Of a stretch of DNA of 64,000 nucleotides, positions 1 through 14,585 are shown piece after piece. The stretch covers positions 7,564,001 through 7,628,000 of the forward strand of contig OX597820.1 of assembly GCA_951406725.2 (NCBI GenBank), written 5' to 3'. This stretch comes from Octopus vulgaris. Lineage: Eukaryota. A model generated the notes under the pieces. It worked only from the letters and a program-made list of their open reading frames with translations. It was not told the DNA's origin and did no database searches. Made by a program: the position numbers and the translations under genes. The stretch's first letter is position 1. Each line of letters opens with the position of its first letter.

Positions 1-357
1 AACCCTCGTCATGTTAACATCCCTGTTCTTGATTATTCCTGCTGGAGAATATATTTCTGCCACATAGCAAATACAGAGATTAATTATTCCTTCTAGTGTA
101 TAAAGTTTATGATGCTCAGGTGAAGTCCCTGATGTTATCTGTCTCCTCCACCACCTGGAACGGCGCAACTGATACTCACACAGAGACATCTTAAATGGTA
201 TAAAATAATGAGGTAATTATGGTAAGAAACTACTCACAAACTCATACCTCATACCTGGCTTACATTGACATTGTCTTCTCTATTTTTGTTACTAATGCAA
301 TGGCTTCATTCCTCCGAGTGTACACCTACACATTCTCGTATTTGTTAGGTCGCTCTT

Positions 358-920
358 GAGTGCTACTGGTAACATGTATCCCAGTACAACTTGTCGCATG
401 GTCGGATCACCGGCGACTAAGCTGGCAACCCCACCAGACTTGCTTGTTGGACACCATGCGTGACGAAAAATAAGACCCGTCAAAGGGCAGAAGAACTACT
501 GTGTAGTCAACGGCCAATTCAACAAGTGCCTTGTCACTATGAAGTGCTTGTGTGCTCCATTGAGAAGGAGAGCTTTGCTGGAGGGAGAGAAATCTTCAGG
601 CAGGTCTTACCAGGCCAGGCAGGTCAAAGGGCAGGAGACAGACAAAACATTAACGACAATAAATTGAAGCGTCGGCAGCAGGGAGTGGATTTGGTTATCG
701 GCAGATAACCCTAACAGATCAGATTCCTGGTTTTGAACTAGCAGGATGTCATGCGGAGGTTCTTGACTACAAGACAATGGATAAGGCCCTAATATTCCTA
801 GTTAGATGGGAACTGTGAGACCATATGGAGCAACGGCCTGTGACTCCTATACTCTGCGCAACCTAAACCCTTATGAATAGGGGCTTCCTATGGGATGACC
901 TAGATGAGAGATGAGATGAT
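358..920 (+). mobile_element. Non-autonomous RTE-related retroelement remnant (5' UTR-like part plus 3'-end-like part)
   Basis: 358-515 is repeated at 1360-1530 (gagtgctactg..cagtacaacttgtcgcatggtcgg..ggcgactaa..ggcaacccc). No coding capacity. Family assignment is recognition by eye. Confidence 0.4.
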
Positions 921-1178
921 CTACTATTCGCTACAAATATTCTACCCACCCAACCCAAACACCATCTGAAATCCTAAGTTCAGTTCTTGGAAGCCCTCCT
1001 CCCCACCACTGCCACATGTTGCCTTGCTGTAATCGATTTACAAGAGCAACACTGACGGCATCAACGTTACCGATCTGGGAATGAGGTTGTTGTGTGTCTA
1101 ATGCCAGACTTCCTGATATTACCTGTGGTGCAACAGGTATACTTCCAATGATACCCGTCATATAGCCGGTAACACACC

Positions 1179-1335
1179 TGTGTATGTATGTATATATATA
1201 TGTGTGTATATGTATGTGTGTATGTATGTGTATATGTACATATGGATATGTGTATGTATGTGTGTACGTATGAATATATGTATGTGTTTATGCATGTATG
1301 TATATGTGTATGTTTGTATGTATGTATGTATGAAT
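1179..1335. repeat. (TATG/TG)n microsatellite
   Basis: Direct reading; explains the MYVC-type ORFs. Confidence 0.9.
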
Positions 1336-1359
1336 GTAAGTTTGTGTCATATCACTTTC

Positions 1360-1530
1360 GAGTGCTACTGCTAACGTGTAACTCAGTACAACTTGTCGCA
1401 TGGTCGGGCCGTCGGCGACTAAACCGGCAACCCCACCAAGCTTGCTTGGTGAGGAGTGTATTTATTGGACACCCTGCGGGATGAAAAACAAAGCCCGTCA
1501 AAGGGTGGAGGAACTCTTGAGAGTCAACTA
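1360..1530 (+). mobile_element. Second diverged copy of the 358-515 repeat 5' region
   Basis: Direct similarity to 358-515. Confidence 0.6.
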
Positions 1531-1985
1531 ACCCTAATTTTTATATATTGTATATTTTTATAGCTTGCTCGTTATATTTATTTTTATATATATTTTTATA
1601 TACTTCACATCGTATATTTTATGTATGTTTTGTATATCAATATTTTCATATATCGTATTTTTTTCCTTATATCTATATTATCCAGCTTATGGCTGTATTA
1701 TGCGCGGGGACATAGAAATAATCGGACTGAATACCCGATCGTGCAGTTAATCCATTGGGAGTGAAGGACCCCTAGCCTTTATTAGGGCATCCTTCTAGGA
1801 GAAGGTAACTCAGGTAACTGGGATAACTCCGACATAAAACCTGCGGCTCAGTGGTTACCGATGATGTTGACTTGTTCTTCTTTTCGAATTATGGCTGCAG
1901 TTGCTTAGTGAGTGGGATTGACTCAGTGCACAGCTTTTCCTCACTTTAAAAAAATCTTCTTGCACAGGCATTGCACGATAACAAC

Positions 1986-2016
<31 letters not shown>

Positions 2017-2129
2017 AAATTGATTAACTAACTCACGATTGTTGATAGTGCTGTGAGTTTCAACCGAATGACTAGCTGTAGCCTTAAAAAGCAAATAATC
2101 AATGATGTACCAAAACATTATAAAAATAA

Positions 2130-3985
2130 ATGTCAGTAAGGACTCTGGAACCACATCAGATGAAAGACTCTGGCCCGGCAGGGGCACCAGAGCATCACAG
2201 TGTGAACCCTGCCGTCATCATGCTACTGTGATAGAACCAAATAAGATATTGAATATTGACTGTTGGAATGTACGGACACTGCTTGACCGCGAGTCCTCTG
2301 AAAGTCCTGAAAGAAGGACTGTGCTTGTTGCGAAGGAGCTTCGATGCTATGATCTTGACATCGTTGCTTTATCTGAAACGAGATTACCTGGAGATGGTCA
2401 TCTTACAGAATCTTGTGGAAAATATACATTCTTTTCGAAAGTGGGGAATGAAGAGTTTAGAGGAGAGGTTGGAGTGGCATTTGCTGTTAAGACTACTCTT
2501 GTGGACAAGTTGGAAGAATTCCCAGTCAGGATTAACGAGCGTCTTATGTCCATGAGAATTCCTTTGGTTAAAGGAAATTATATGACCTTGGTGAGTGTGT
2601 ATGCTCTAACTATGTTCTATACTGATGACGAAAAAATTTCTTTCTACCATGCTTTGAAGGTTATTATAGGAAATATCCCTCGGGCAGACAAAGTCATCAT
2701 ACTGGGTGACTTTAATACTAGAGTGGGTAGGGTGGAGAAGTGTAATAGTAATGGCAGTGTGTTGGTGTTCTTCGTGGGGCTGAGTGTTGGACTCACCACC
2801 GGCTAGTACGCGCAAAAGTGAAATTAGTCACAAAACGTAAAATCCTGGCTGCAGAGATTACCCTGCCTAAAAGGCTGAATGTTGATCGTCTTAGCTGTAA
2901 TAGTGTGAAGAGAACTTTACGAGAGAAAATGAATGTTACAGATATTGGGGAGGATTGACCGACCCTTAAAAAGTCAGTTTATGATAGAGGCAAGAAAGTT
3001 CTGGGATTGATACAAAGAAAGTATCAAGATTGGTTTAAAGAAAATGAACATATAGATGATTTATTGGCTGATAAAAGACGTACTTTGTCACGCTATTTGT
3101 CAGCAAAGCCACAGGAAAGGGAAGTGTTGCATAGGGAACTGAAGGATGTGAAATCACGTGTGAGCGGAGGCTCTCTCAGATGAGGAATACGTGGTGGAGT
3201 AAGAAGGCTGATGAGATACAGGCGGCATCGGATTCCAATAACACAAAGCTGTTGTATGGTCTCTTGCGAGAAGTTTATGGACCGACTTCTCTGATGCCAC
3301 CACTTCGAAGAAGGGATGGTAAAGAATTGCGTCTGCTGAAACCCGTTGCAGATTGTGTTCTTCCAGAAAGTCAATATGGCTTTCATGTGGTACGCGGCAC
3401 TGCTGATGTAATCATTTCAGCTAGACAGCTTCAGGAGAAGTGTGTGGAACAGGGTCTGGATTTATATCAGGTTTTTGCTGATCTGACAAAAGCCTTTGAT
3501 ACCGTTAATAGAAATGCACTGTGGAAAGTCCTCCAGAAACTTGGGTGTCCTGAAAAGTTCCTTGCTTTGGCTAGGTCTTTTCATGAAGACATGAATGGTA
3601 GGGTTAATGTTAGAGGCAAAAAGTCGGAGCCCATCTCAATACAAAATGGAACGAAACAGGGGAGTATTCTGGCACCGACCCTATTTGCCATATATTTTGC
3701 GATGGTTTTCTGTATTGTATTCAGAAACTGCAGATATGGTGTTTACATCCATTATCGAACCTCTGGCAGCATATTTAATATCAGGCGTTTTGCTGCAAAA
3801 ACAAAGGTATTTACCTCTATCATAAGAGACCTTTTGTATGCAGATAATTGCGAGCTAGTAGCACACACAGAGATTGATATGCAACACATTTTGAATGCAT
3901 TCTCTGATGCTTGCACTGCCTTAGGATTGACAGTCAGTTTCAAGAAAACTGTTGTCATGTACCAACCTACCCCTGGTAAGCAGGT
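2130..3985 (+). pseudogene. Decayed RTE-clade LINE: APE endonuclease plus reverse transcriptase, internally deleted
   Basis: EN motifs WNVRTL, DIVALSETR, GVAFAV, ILGDFNTRVG (ORF 2102-2806). RT motifs LPESQYGF, DLTKAFDTV, GTKQGSILAPTLF, LLYADN (YADD decayed) in ORF 3180-4124. Stops and frameshifts lie between them. Confidence 0.92.
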
Positions 3986-4589
3986 TTACAAAATCTGTTT
4001 ATGGTCCTTGAAAGTAAATTGGGAAAGTATTGATTTTAGAGTATCACGAAGGCCAGCAAAGTTTCCTTTTGTTCACTTGATGTCATTCAGTAATTTACGG
4101 ACATTTTCAGACGGTTCCTGCTGATCGACTCTAAATCAGAATGAGGGGATATATTCTGACCAATTTCATACAAATTCTTTGTTTTCTGCGATGGGATAAA
4201 TACTTCATCGGAGTTTCTGAAATCCCTCAGACAGGAATCAAAAACGACAAGATGATGTTCCACCGGGATTTCCAGGAAAATCATTCAGCCGAATTCTAAA
4301 GGGGAAGACTAGCCACACGCACACGCACAGACACACACACACATACACACTTGAGTGTGTGTGTGCGTGTTTGTGTATGCGTGTGAATATGTATGAGTGC
4401 GTATGAGTGAGTGTGCGTGTAAGCTTGCGCGCGCGTGCGTGTGTGTGTGTGTGTTGTGCATGTATGAGATAGACAATTAGACAGAGAGAGAGAGAGAGAA
4501 AGAGGGAATTATCGATAGATAGACGGTGACTAGACAGAAACAGACACTCAGACATACAGACATATTGTCATAGATAGATAGGTAGTTAT

Positions 4590-4695
4590 ACACACAGACA
4601 GACATATAGATAGATAGATAGATAGATAGACAGAAAGAGAGAAAGATCGACAGATAGATACATACATACATACATACATACATACATACATACAT

Positions 4696-4761
<66 letters not shown>

Positions 4762-4778
4762 GTAGGTAGATAGGTAGG

Positions 4779-4854
<76 letters not shown>

Positions 4855-4939
4855 CAGATACAAATTTAACCTATAAAGGTATTTTTTGATATGCTGGCCA
4901 TTGATAAAATTTTATCCTACATTAGTTATATATATATAT

Positions 4940-5023
<84 letters not shown>
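4590..5023. repeat. (GATA)n / (CATA)n microsatellites
   Basis: Direct reading. Confidence 0.95.
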
Positions 5024-5024
<1 letters not shown>

Positions 5025-6414
5025 CCACCCCCACACACACTGATATACGTGTATGTGCGTGCCTGTGCATATATTCTTGCTGTACATATTACAACAGAAT
5101 GCTACATGGTATTAACATATCTTTTGTATCCATGTATTGCTATTATTTGTATTATGTAATTTATGTGTGCTGTAACTACTTAAGTATACCATATCTCTAT
5201 TACATATAATTACGGTTTTATAAATTGTAGGGGATACATTATATATTGTTTTATCGTATTATCACAATATTTATGGCTATACAATCCCATATTACACATG
5301 TGGCTGCAAGGAAATTTACATTGCAAATATAATATCTATAAATTGTTCTCTTTAATTGAATTCACATACACACACACATACACACACACTCACTCACTCA
5401 CACACACACGCGCGCACTCACACGCACACACACACACACACATACACGTACTCACACTCACACATATATCAATACATACATAGATGTATATCGTATTTCT
5501 GTGAATCTGTAAGTTTGTGTGTTGGAGAATATTAGTTTTATTTCACTGCTTGACTCACAAAATATTGTAAATGTTAATATAACCCACACACACGCACATC
5601 GACGCACACACATCTACACACACGCACACATACCTACACACACATACATAAATTTGTAAAGCGGTATATGGGTTCATAGAATGTAATGGCAATCAGAGAA
5701 AATTCCTCTAGTGGATCCGACTACGAAACTACGTATTAATCTAATACGCAAGAGTATAACAGAGTTCTTTGCAGCTGAAATCCAGAAGTTCCATTGGATG
5801 AAACTATTTCATTAGGGGGTGTCTAAAAAATAGAAATCCGGAGGTATGCGAAGGGAATACATTCATTTAGCCACTTGATATCTGTAGGATTACCGCTGTT
5901 TCGAAGCCTTCAGCTTGTAGTAATAATTTAAATGTATAACAAATTATGTTTACATATCTGCACCTATGAGCATGTTATACACTGCACAGTACAATTGGGC
6001 AATTACAGATAGAGAAGACTAACTCAACAGAACGTCAGGACATCTTGGTTAAACCAGTACTTCAACTAGCCTTCAATCTGCATTGATTTGTGAATATACA
6101 ATTGTATTATATGGGTAGAAGCATGGATATTGGTGCAAATATGTAAAATGATTTATTACATATACGCTAAAATTATTATTACATCATGAAGGTTGTGAAA
6201 CGGCCGTAGTCCTACGGATATCAAGTGGATAAATAAATTTTTATGATCTCCTGAATTTTTATGATCTATATATATATATATATATATGTGCGTGCGTACG
6301 TGTGTGTGTGTATGTGTGTATGTGTGTGTATGTGTATCATAGATGCACAACCGTTAGAGTTACTAGTAGTTTCATGCTATTATGATACTTGAGCAGGCAT
6401 ATTTATAAAATATA

Positions 6415-6645
6415 TTTCTTTACTAGCCACAAGGGGCTAAACACAGAGGGGACAAACAAGGACAGACGAATGGATTAAGTTGATTATATCGACCCTAGTG
6501 CGTAACTGGTACTTAATTTATCGACCCCGAAAGGATGAAAGGCAAAGTCGACCTCGGCGGAATTTGAACCCAGAATGTAACGGCAGACGAAATACGGCTA
6601 CGCATTTCACCCGGCGTGCTAACGATTCTGCAAGCTCGCCGCCTA
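6415..6645 (-). mobile_element. tRNA-derived SINE (octopus CORE-type family)
   Basis: Minus strand starts ggcggcgagcttgcagaatcgttag (A-box-like) with gggttcaaattcc (B box). Same family at 12945-13146, 58100-58685 and 61410-61640. Confidence 0.8.
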
Positions 6646-6664
6646 TTTATAAAATATACCATAA

Positions 6665-7038
6665 TCTTTATATATAAAAGTAAGGTTGTGTGTCTGTCTC
6701 CTACGATTTAGATTCCTAACTACTCCCACATTTATCGGTGCAATTTAACCAAAACCGGGTATCTTATAGTCGTGATTCATATCAAGCTCTTCTGGGTATT
6801 AGCGCGCGTCTACGATATTTAAAATAATTTACCATCATTTTTTTCCATTTTAATGCATTGTTTCGCTATTATGTAAGGGAAGTAACTCTCTAAAAATGTC
6901 TACGATGAGTCAATGATTTAAAAAAAATTTACCATCATTTTTTTCCCATTTTTTTGCTATTTTTTGGCTATAACTCTCTAAAAATGCTTTATAGTTATTT
7001 CCCTTACAAACCCGAGCAACGCCGGGCGATACTGCTAG
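6665..7038 (+). mobile_element. Non-autonomous Helitron, family A
   Basis: A|TC 5' end, subterminal hairpin cccgagcaacgccggg, CTAG|T 3' end, no TSD. Five copies in the window. Confidence 0.85.
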
Positions 7039-8323
7039 TATATCATAAAGCAATGTTTCAAGTTCTGTTAAAAGATCAAGTTGTCGAAACAAAGCTTGCT
7101 GTTGCGGAATGCCACACTTATTTCCTTTATCGTGTAAGAGAAGTTTAGATGCATCGCAGCATTTGTGAACGGTTGTACGTCTCTGTGTCAATTGTGCTCC
7201 TATTGTATGACCCCTCTTGACCCTTTTTGGAAGGAATTGCCTAAATATCTCCAAAATCTGTGATTGACTGCTCTCTATTTCAAATCCCATTTCGAAACAG
7301 AATTACTTATTTTCAACCCTTATTGTGAATATATGGTGATATTTCGCATCAGGACAGTGGTGATATTCATTCAGTATTACTAAAACAGTTCCTTGTATTG
7401 ACATGGGAGGGTTTTACTTCTTGCATAGTATTTGAAGTAATGGCATATATGAAATTATCCAGCGGTGGATGCCCTGCTTGCGTTCCCATATTTATTCCTT
7501 AGAAGTGCTTTCTTGCGCATCACAGTGCCTACAGCAGAGCTATCACACGAAGGGCGGGGGAAATAGTCCACCTCATCACTGTGACTGTTTTCAGAGAAAG
7601 GTTGGTGGCTTCTTGTTTCATTAGTGATAATCCACACGACATCTCATCACAGGTGAGAAATGTATATTCGTTGACAAATCCTCAGATGAGAAAACAATTC
7701 GACAATTTGCGTTTATACGTAAATATATATATATATGTGTGTGTGTGTGTATGTGTGTGTGTGTGTATGTATGCATGTATGTATGTATCCAAGTATGCAT
7801 AGATATGTGCAGAGGCATATGTGTATATGTACATATATATATATGTATATGTCATATGTCTATATTTAGAATTATACGTCTGTAGTTACACGGAAGGATA
7901 CAGATATGTATGTATGTAGATATGATGCGCATAACACACACACACACACACACATACACGCGCGCGCGCAGAGTACATTTTCGGTTAAACTGAATCGCTG
8001 ACAGTTTACAGTATATATTACATCTCTAATAGGATAACGCCTGTGTCAGTCAGCTAATCCAGATTTTTTAAAAAGTTGTGTTCTTCGTCTTAACTCGGCG
8101 ATATTCTCCTTGGTTTCTTTGAGCGCAACCAGTCAACATAACGCTGAAGAATGCAATACTGGGATATTAACATTTTATGACAGAGCACGGATTAATTTCA
8201 AACTGATTAAGATTTAGATAGATTATATTCCTTATTTCCACTCCTCCATATTTCATTTCTGTTTTTCTTGCACTCATGGATGTTTATCTGTATATATAAA
8301 TATACACTCACATATACACACGC

Positions 8324-8379
<56 letters not shown>

Positions 8380-8874
8380 GGGGAAAGACAGGAGGGAATT
8401 TTGGAATACTTGTTATTTTAATAACAAAACAACAAACAAAAGCAAAAAGAGAACGAATGAAAAGTAGATAATACTTTTTCATAGTATGTGTATGTCTTAG
8501 AAGCCGAAATTTTCAGAATTGTATTTTTCGTATCCTTGAATTCGACGGTACCGTTTACTGAAACGATTGACACAAAAAACAGCGTGACAACACATAAGCA
8601 AAAATATTCGTAAACATGGTATTAGATCAGTCATCGAGTTTCTATATGCCAAAGTGAAGCATTTTTTTAACATTTCATTTTTTGCTATCTATCAGTGACT
8701 AATCCTATTTCAACTTCTTTACAGCTTTTCCAATTTCATATTCTTGGGTTCCTTCCAATCTTTATTTATTTGAAAACCGGCAACCCGAACCTCAGAACTA
8801 CTCAAGTCTTACATAATCTAACATAAATATATTACAGTAGTAGGTGGTACATATAGTAGGATTTACATGTAATA

Positions 8875-9120
8875 TTTAAAATATTTTGATTCGGTTTCCA
8901 TGCTACTTCAAGTTTCGCAGAACCCGAAACGGGAGCCCGAGGATTTCAGGCTTTGGATTACCGCATGAAATGATACAGCATGTTTAGAATGGCTACTGAA
9001 AGCTGGGCTGTTATTGGCCCTTGTCTTCAATCAGTAATCCAAAGCCTTAAAGAGTCGGGCATCCGCGTTAGGGGCCCGCGAATCTTGAAGTAGTATGAAA
9101 CCAAATCAAATTATTTTAAA
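8875..9120. mobile_element. MITE-like imperfect inverted repeat
   Basis: tttaaaatattttgattcggtttccatgctacttcaag is mirrored by cttgaagtagtatgaaaccaaatcaaattattttaaa; inner aggctttggattac / gtaatccaaagcct. Confidence 0.65.
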
Positions 9121-9122
9121 TA

Positions 9123-9200
<78 letters not shown>

Positions 9201-9224
9201 GTGTGTGTATGTTTGATATATATG

Positions 9225-10501
9225 TAGGTCGTCAAGAATATTTGTAGATGTATATATGTTGCTAATGTTTTATAAATACAAGGAGTAGTTTTATTCATCA
9301 AAATATGCACCCATATTGTCAATACACTTTTGCCATTTCAGCGGTAGCTTGTCCAGCCCGGAACTGTAAAAACCTGGCAATCTAGAGTCAATAACATCTT
9401 GGAAGGCCTGTTTTACAGCGTCGTCGGAATCAATTTTTTTCCTATCAAAATGTTATCCAAATTCTGTGGGGGCAAGATCAGGTGAGTATGATGGATGATG
9501 GAGAACTTCCAACTCCTTTTCCTGTAGTTTCGCAAATGTCATTTTTGCGATGTGTTGTCTGACGTTGACTTGCAATAAAATAAGAGTGATTCTGTTGACT
9601 AATCTAAGCTGGGGTTTTTTGGGGTTTTTTTTACAAATTTCTGCATCATTTGGTGGAGATAACTGCAGTATACTTCGGCCGAGATTGATGGGACAGGTTT
9701 AATGAAATCATAATGGATCACACCTGCGCCAGACCACCAAACACATACCATCAGATTCTTTTGATGAATTTTGCTTTTTGGACTGTGTTTTGGTGTGTCT
9801 CGTCTTAGTCCGACCATTCTGCTGAACCTTTACGGTTGTTATATTGGATCCATTTCTCACCACGTTACAATTCAATTCAAAAATGATTCATTTTTGTGAC
9901 GAGAATGTAGCATAATGCAGGCTTTCAAACGTTGCTGTTTCTGATTTACTTTGCGTTCATGTGGAACCCACTTATCCAACTTTTTTCCCTTTGCCGATTT
10001 GAACTAGGTTAGTCAATATTGTCTGCTTGCTAACATCAAACAACACTGATCATTCACGGACACTTTGAGATGGATCTGACTCAACGGTGGCTTTCAGCTC
10101 GTCATTATCCACTTTTGTTTCTGATCGACCGCATTGCTCATTTGTGAGGTCAAAGTTGCCAGAACGAAATTTTGCAAACCAATTTGATAATGTCTGCTGT
10201 GTAATAACATTAGGACGAAATACTCCATTAATATTCCGATCTGTCTGTGATGTTGTATTTCCTAGAAAGAACTCATATTTCACAACTGTACAAATTTCCG
10301 ACTTGTCCATCTATCAACAACAATAGCAAAAAACGATTTATAAATACTTTATAAAGCACAAAATGAGTTAGAATAAGAAATAGATGTGTCAGCTTTCTAA
10401 CCAAAAAAAAAAAAGATTGTCAAAATATTATAAAGGCACAAAATGAGCAGTTGTCAAAATTTACCATATACCTTACTACAAATTTCATACTTGACGGCCT
10501 G
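9225..10501 (-). mobile_element. Decayed mariner (Tc1/mariner) transposon
   Basis: Imperfect TIRs (taggtcgtcaag / cttgacggcctg). Transposase fragments WFAKFRSGNFDL..GR (10050-10310), KIHQKNLMVCVWW (9599-9817) and HPSYSPDLAP near 9470-9500. Confidence 0.9.
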
Positions 10502-10514
10502 TGTGTGTATGCGA

Positions 10515-10605
<91 letters not shown>

Positions 10606-10692
10606 TATGTTTGTATGTATGTATTTATATATATGCATGTATGTATATATATATATATATATGTATATACGCGCGTACACAGAGACATAATA

Positions 10693-10701
10693 GTGGTGGT
10701 G

Positions 10702-10783
<82 letters not shown>
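10693..10783. repeat. (GGT)n(AGT)n microsatellite
   Basis: Direct reading; source of the poly-S and poly-V ORFs. Confidence 0.95.
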
Positions 10784-10784
<1 letters not shown>

Positions 10785-11624
10785 TTATATTTTCCCCTGC
10801 TTGCCTCTACTTCTTTCCCTCCCTTATAATTCTCATCGTTCCTCTTCTCCCCACTTCCCTATCCTCTCTATTCCGTCCTCTACCCTCCTACCCCCTACCT
10901 ATCCTCACTGCTTCTTATACACATAAACCTTCTCCCTCCCACCATCCCCACAACACACCACCGACGTAAATATTAACCCTAATATATATTATTAGTTAAC
11001 AGTAAAAGTATATTTCAGAATAAAAAACAATAAATTCCTGTCTTTGAATACCAGGCCATGTCAGAAGATGGTAAAACTAAAATCAAATAAAATAAACAGC
11101 ATCACTAATTTTGGAGGCAGAGTTTTGACTTCTCCTCCAAAAGCCATGTGTTTCCATTATATAGATTAGTAATCGGGAGACTAATTCTGGTGAGATGTTC
11201 ACCGTTTATTTATACCAAATGTTGGAGGTAATTTAGTGCTGTCCTCTGTTATTATTCAATTATAAACGAGACTCTGGTTGTTATCGGAAACTCTTGTATT
11301 GTGCCATCAATTTAGAAGGAAGCAATTTATGGTAATCTAGATTTAAAGGAAGTACGTGATGGCCTTTATAGGTAACACGGAACCCAGAAGGAATCGTGGT
11401 GCTTTAAATATATTTCGTTATGGTCAACGAAGTAGCTGGTTTGACCTTTCCAGACTGAATCTATTTTTGGAAGAACAGAAGCGAAAATGCCAGGTTTACA
11501 AGTGAAACCGTCATTATAAAGTTTTTGTGCATTCATATAAATTTAGTTGTGTCTTGGATAGTTTCGACCTGTGAAGAGCAGTAAATGAAATAATTTAGGT
11601 CAATAAATGAACTTGCTCATGTAA

Positions 11625-11989
11625 TCTCTCTCTATATAAACGGCAAAATGTCTGTCTGTCTGTGTGTCCTTTATACAAATCCACAATTTTTCAGTTAGAG
11701 GGCTCGCACTTTCTATGGTCATTCAAAACCGTCCAAGGGTGGTCGTGCACATCTTTACATTTCCCCAGTCACCCCGCAAAGCCATTAAAAAATCAATAGA
11801 AGTGACTTTTTGTGAATTTTCTATCCAAAACCCAATCAAAATGCCTGAAACTTGATACGCCAATTGAATGCCAGCTAGCTGTATGTGATTGGTCGGAGAT
11901 TTGGACAGTACTCCCGTGTACGCATGCGTACGCAGCTGTATATGCATGCACTAGCACTATGACCCGGCGTTGCCGTGTCATAGTGCAAG
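11625..11989 (+). mobile_element. Non-autonomous Helitron, family B
   Basis: A|TC start followed by (gtct)n. 3' hairpin ctagcactatgacccggcgttgccgtgtcatagtgcaag ends in CAAG|T (CTAG variant). Confidence 0.65.
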
Positions 11990-12474
11990 TTCTTAATAAT
12001 GTACATCACTAAATAGTCAAGTGTACATCTCAGATGCAGAGGGCGGAGCAGGAAAACGTCTCATATTTTATGGACATTAGAGTGGCGCTAGCAAAGTTAA
12101 TTATAATGGTGTTGAGGAGTTGAGGAGTTTATCGTTTATTTTTTAATGACTCGTTATGGTGTGGATGCTGCGATTGCTACAGAAATGTTTGTCAACTTGC
12201 AAAACGTGGGTGGTTTCTTTTGTCGCACTCTGTCAAAATGCGTTTTGTAGCTTATTTTCATTGAGACCGGGATGTAAGTAATTTTATGCTAAAGTCTCAT
12301 AAGACCGCTTTAAATAAACGTGACATAATTTCTGTACTTTCTCTAATAATGCACATATTTATTGTTGACAATCAACTAAACAAATCAGACATTTGACAGT
12401 TCTTTTTAGATTGATACATAATCTACAATCCTTGTAGATTAATACAATATTACCCATCATATGTAGAAATATAT

Positions 12475-12516
<42 letters not shown>

Positions 12517-12944
12517 ACACACACATGTAGTAATGACAATTAAACTGGCACTTGTTCATGAACGTAATTACGCTGTATATACCGGAAGTTATATTTTTAT
12601 GGATAAAACGATAGAGTTTGTACGTGGTCATTCAATTTGTTTGAAATAGCAGCCGTATCACCCCTGAATCACAACCCAAATTTCGAAAGAAAAAAAATAC
12701 AACGAAATAAGGCACCGGAGAGAGTAGCTCTGAAATAAATGAACTGTCATGGCTGGAATGTCTTTTACCAAAATTTCTTCTTAGCTGGGATTGAACTGAG
12801 ACGAAGCATTCAAACAGCAAGACTAACAGCAAGAACAACATCATCGATGCTCAACAATTCTTACTCTTCTGCTGAAGCAAAGTGTATAAATGGTTATAGC
12901 GAACATATACGGCAATATTTGCTTGACGAAACGCAATTATAATT

Positions 12945-13146
12945 TCAATTATAGGCACAAGGCCTGAAATTTGAGTGAGGAGGATAGCAAATTACATCGA
13001 CCCCAATACTCAACTGGTACTTAATTTATGGACCCCGAAAGGATGAAAGGCAAAGTCGACTTTGGCGGAATGTGAACTTAGAACGTAGCGACGGCCGAAA
13101 TACGGCTAAGCATTTCGCCCGGCGTGCTAACGATTCTGCCAGCTCG
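12945..13146 (-). mobile_element. tRNA-derived SINE, same family as 6415-6645
   Basis: Shared gaccccgaaaggatgaaaggcaaagtcgac core. Confidence 0.8.
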
Positions 13147-13541
13147 GACTTGTGCCTGGGAGGGTAACTTGCTAGCTGCACCCCATGGCCAGTCATGACC
13201 GAAGGGGGTCTCAGCAACATAGGAATAGTCGTGTTTCCTAGATATTGTTAATCGACATGTTAAGTAAGTTAGGCCTTGTGTCACTAATCTTAGATTACAT
13301 CATATTGGCTATATTGTGAACTAGAGAGAGGGGGAGAGAAAGGGAGAGGAGGAGAGAAAGGTAGAGGAGGAGAGAGAATACAAGGGAGGCACACCACAAG
13401 GAGTAAACTGATCATAAAACTTCGTATCTAAATTCTTCGCTTCGCATAGAGTCCATATACGAAGAAATTTGCTGGGAGTTTTATACCACAGACGATCGAG
13501 GTTTTTGTCGATGTTAAAACATTTCTTTCAAAGATATTCCC

Positions 13542-14322
13542 ATTATTTAATTTAGGTGAAGCTTTCTATGAAAAATATATTTGTCAGCATCAAGAATCGG
13601 TATTTGGATGCGATGCTTGCAGAGAGCAAAGTAAGGTTTCTCTCGAAGAATGATGACATATCTTCCATTAATTCCTAAATTATTGGTGCAACATGCAATA
13701 TTAATTTGGCACCACATGATGTCGCTTTCTCTGTAGGACCTCTTCATCTCTGAGATACATCCAATTTCAAAAACTCACATATTTAGTGGATTTTTTTTTA
13801 ATGCTATTTCCCACATATTTTGAATATTTTCGTTTAGATTGAAGTCAGCTATCATTGAGCAAACCTATACCCAAAGATGATCAGGCAACTTATATTATTG
13901 TTTTCAGAAATAGTTTACCGAGGAATATATCATTCAACGTGCCCAGCCATTATAAAAACAGATTTGGCGTGAAATGTGATCCATATGTCTACTATTTCCA
14001 GCAAGTCGAATCACCTGCTGTAATCGTTTGTGTTTGGTAATTTTTGCAAATACAATAACATATGATAGAACGAGAGGAATCTGGCTGATTTTTCAGTAAA
14101 TTTCCAATAATTTGATAGTTCCATATTGAATTTAGCGTCGTCCTAACCAAACTCTGGACACGTCCCGATGTTTTGCTTCCCTCTCAAATAATGTTGATTC
14201 AGTGTGGCAAAACAATTTATAAAACATAAATGAAAAACGATATATATGTATATTACTGTGTGCGTGCGCGTCGGCGTATGTGTGTGTTTGTATGTGTGTG
14301 TGTGTGTCAATGTGTTCATCTA

Positions 14323-14376
<54 letters not shown>

Positions 14377-14393
14377 CATATGCATGTATATAC

Positions 14394-14436
<43 letters not shown>

Positions 14437-14585
14437 CAACAAACATTATTTAATTTAGGTGAAGTTTTATATGAAAAATATATTTTTCAGCTTCAAGAAT
14501 CCGTATGTGAATACGATGCTAGCAGAGAGTAAAGTAAGGTTTCCCTCGCAGAACGATGACATATCTACCATTAATTCCTAAATTC
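13542..14585 (+). repeat. ~140 bp diverged direct repeat (13542-13682 and 14446-14585) containing an exon-like segment
   Basis: Both copies read attatttaatttaggtgaag...aaagtaaggtttc...ccattaattcctaaatt. Confidence 0.85.

Noticed and set aside
358-430. Possible HDV-like or twister ribozyme at the RTE-like 5' end (also 1360-1430)
   Set aside because: Hairpins and a CUAA are present, but P1/P3/L3 or twister L4 cannot be built consistently in both copies.
7050-7640. Possible DNA transposase remnant on the minus strand
   Set aside because: Only a faint PSCDSSAVGTVMRK similarity; no TIRs identified.
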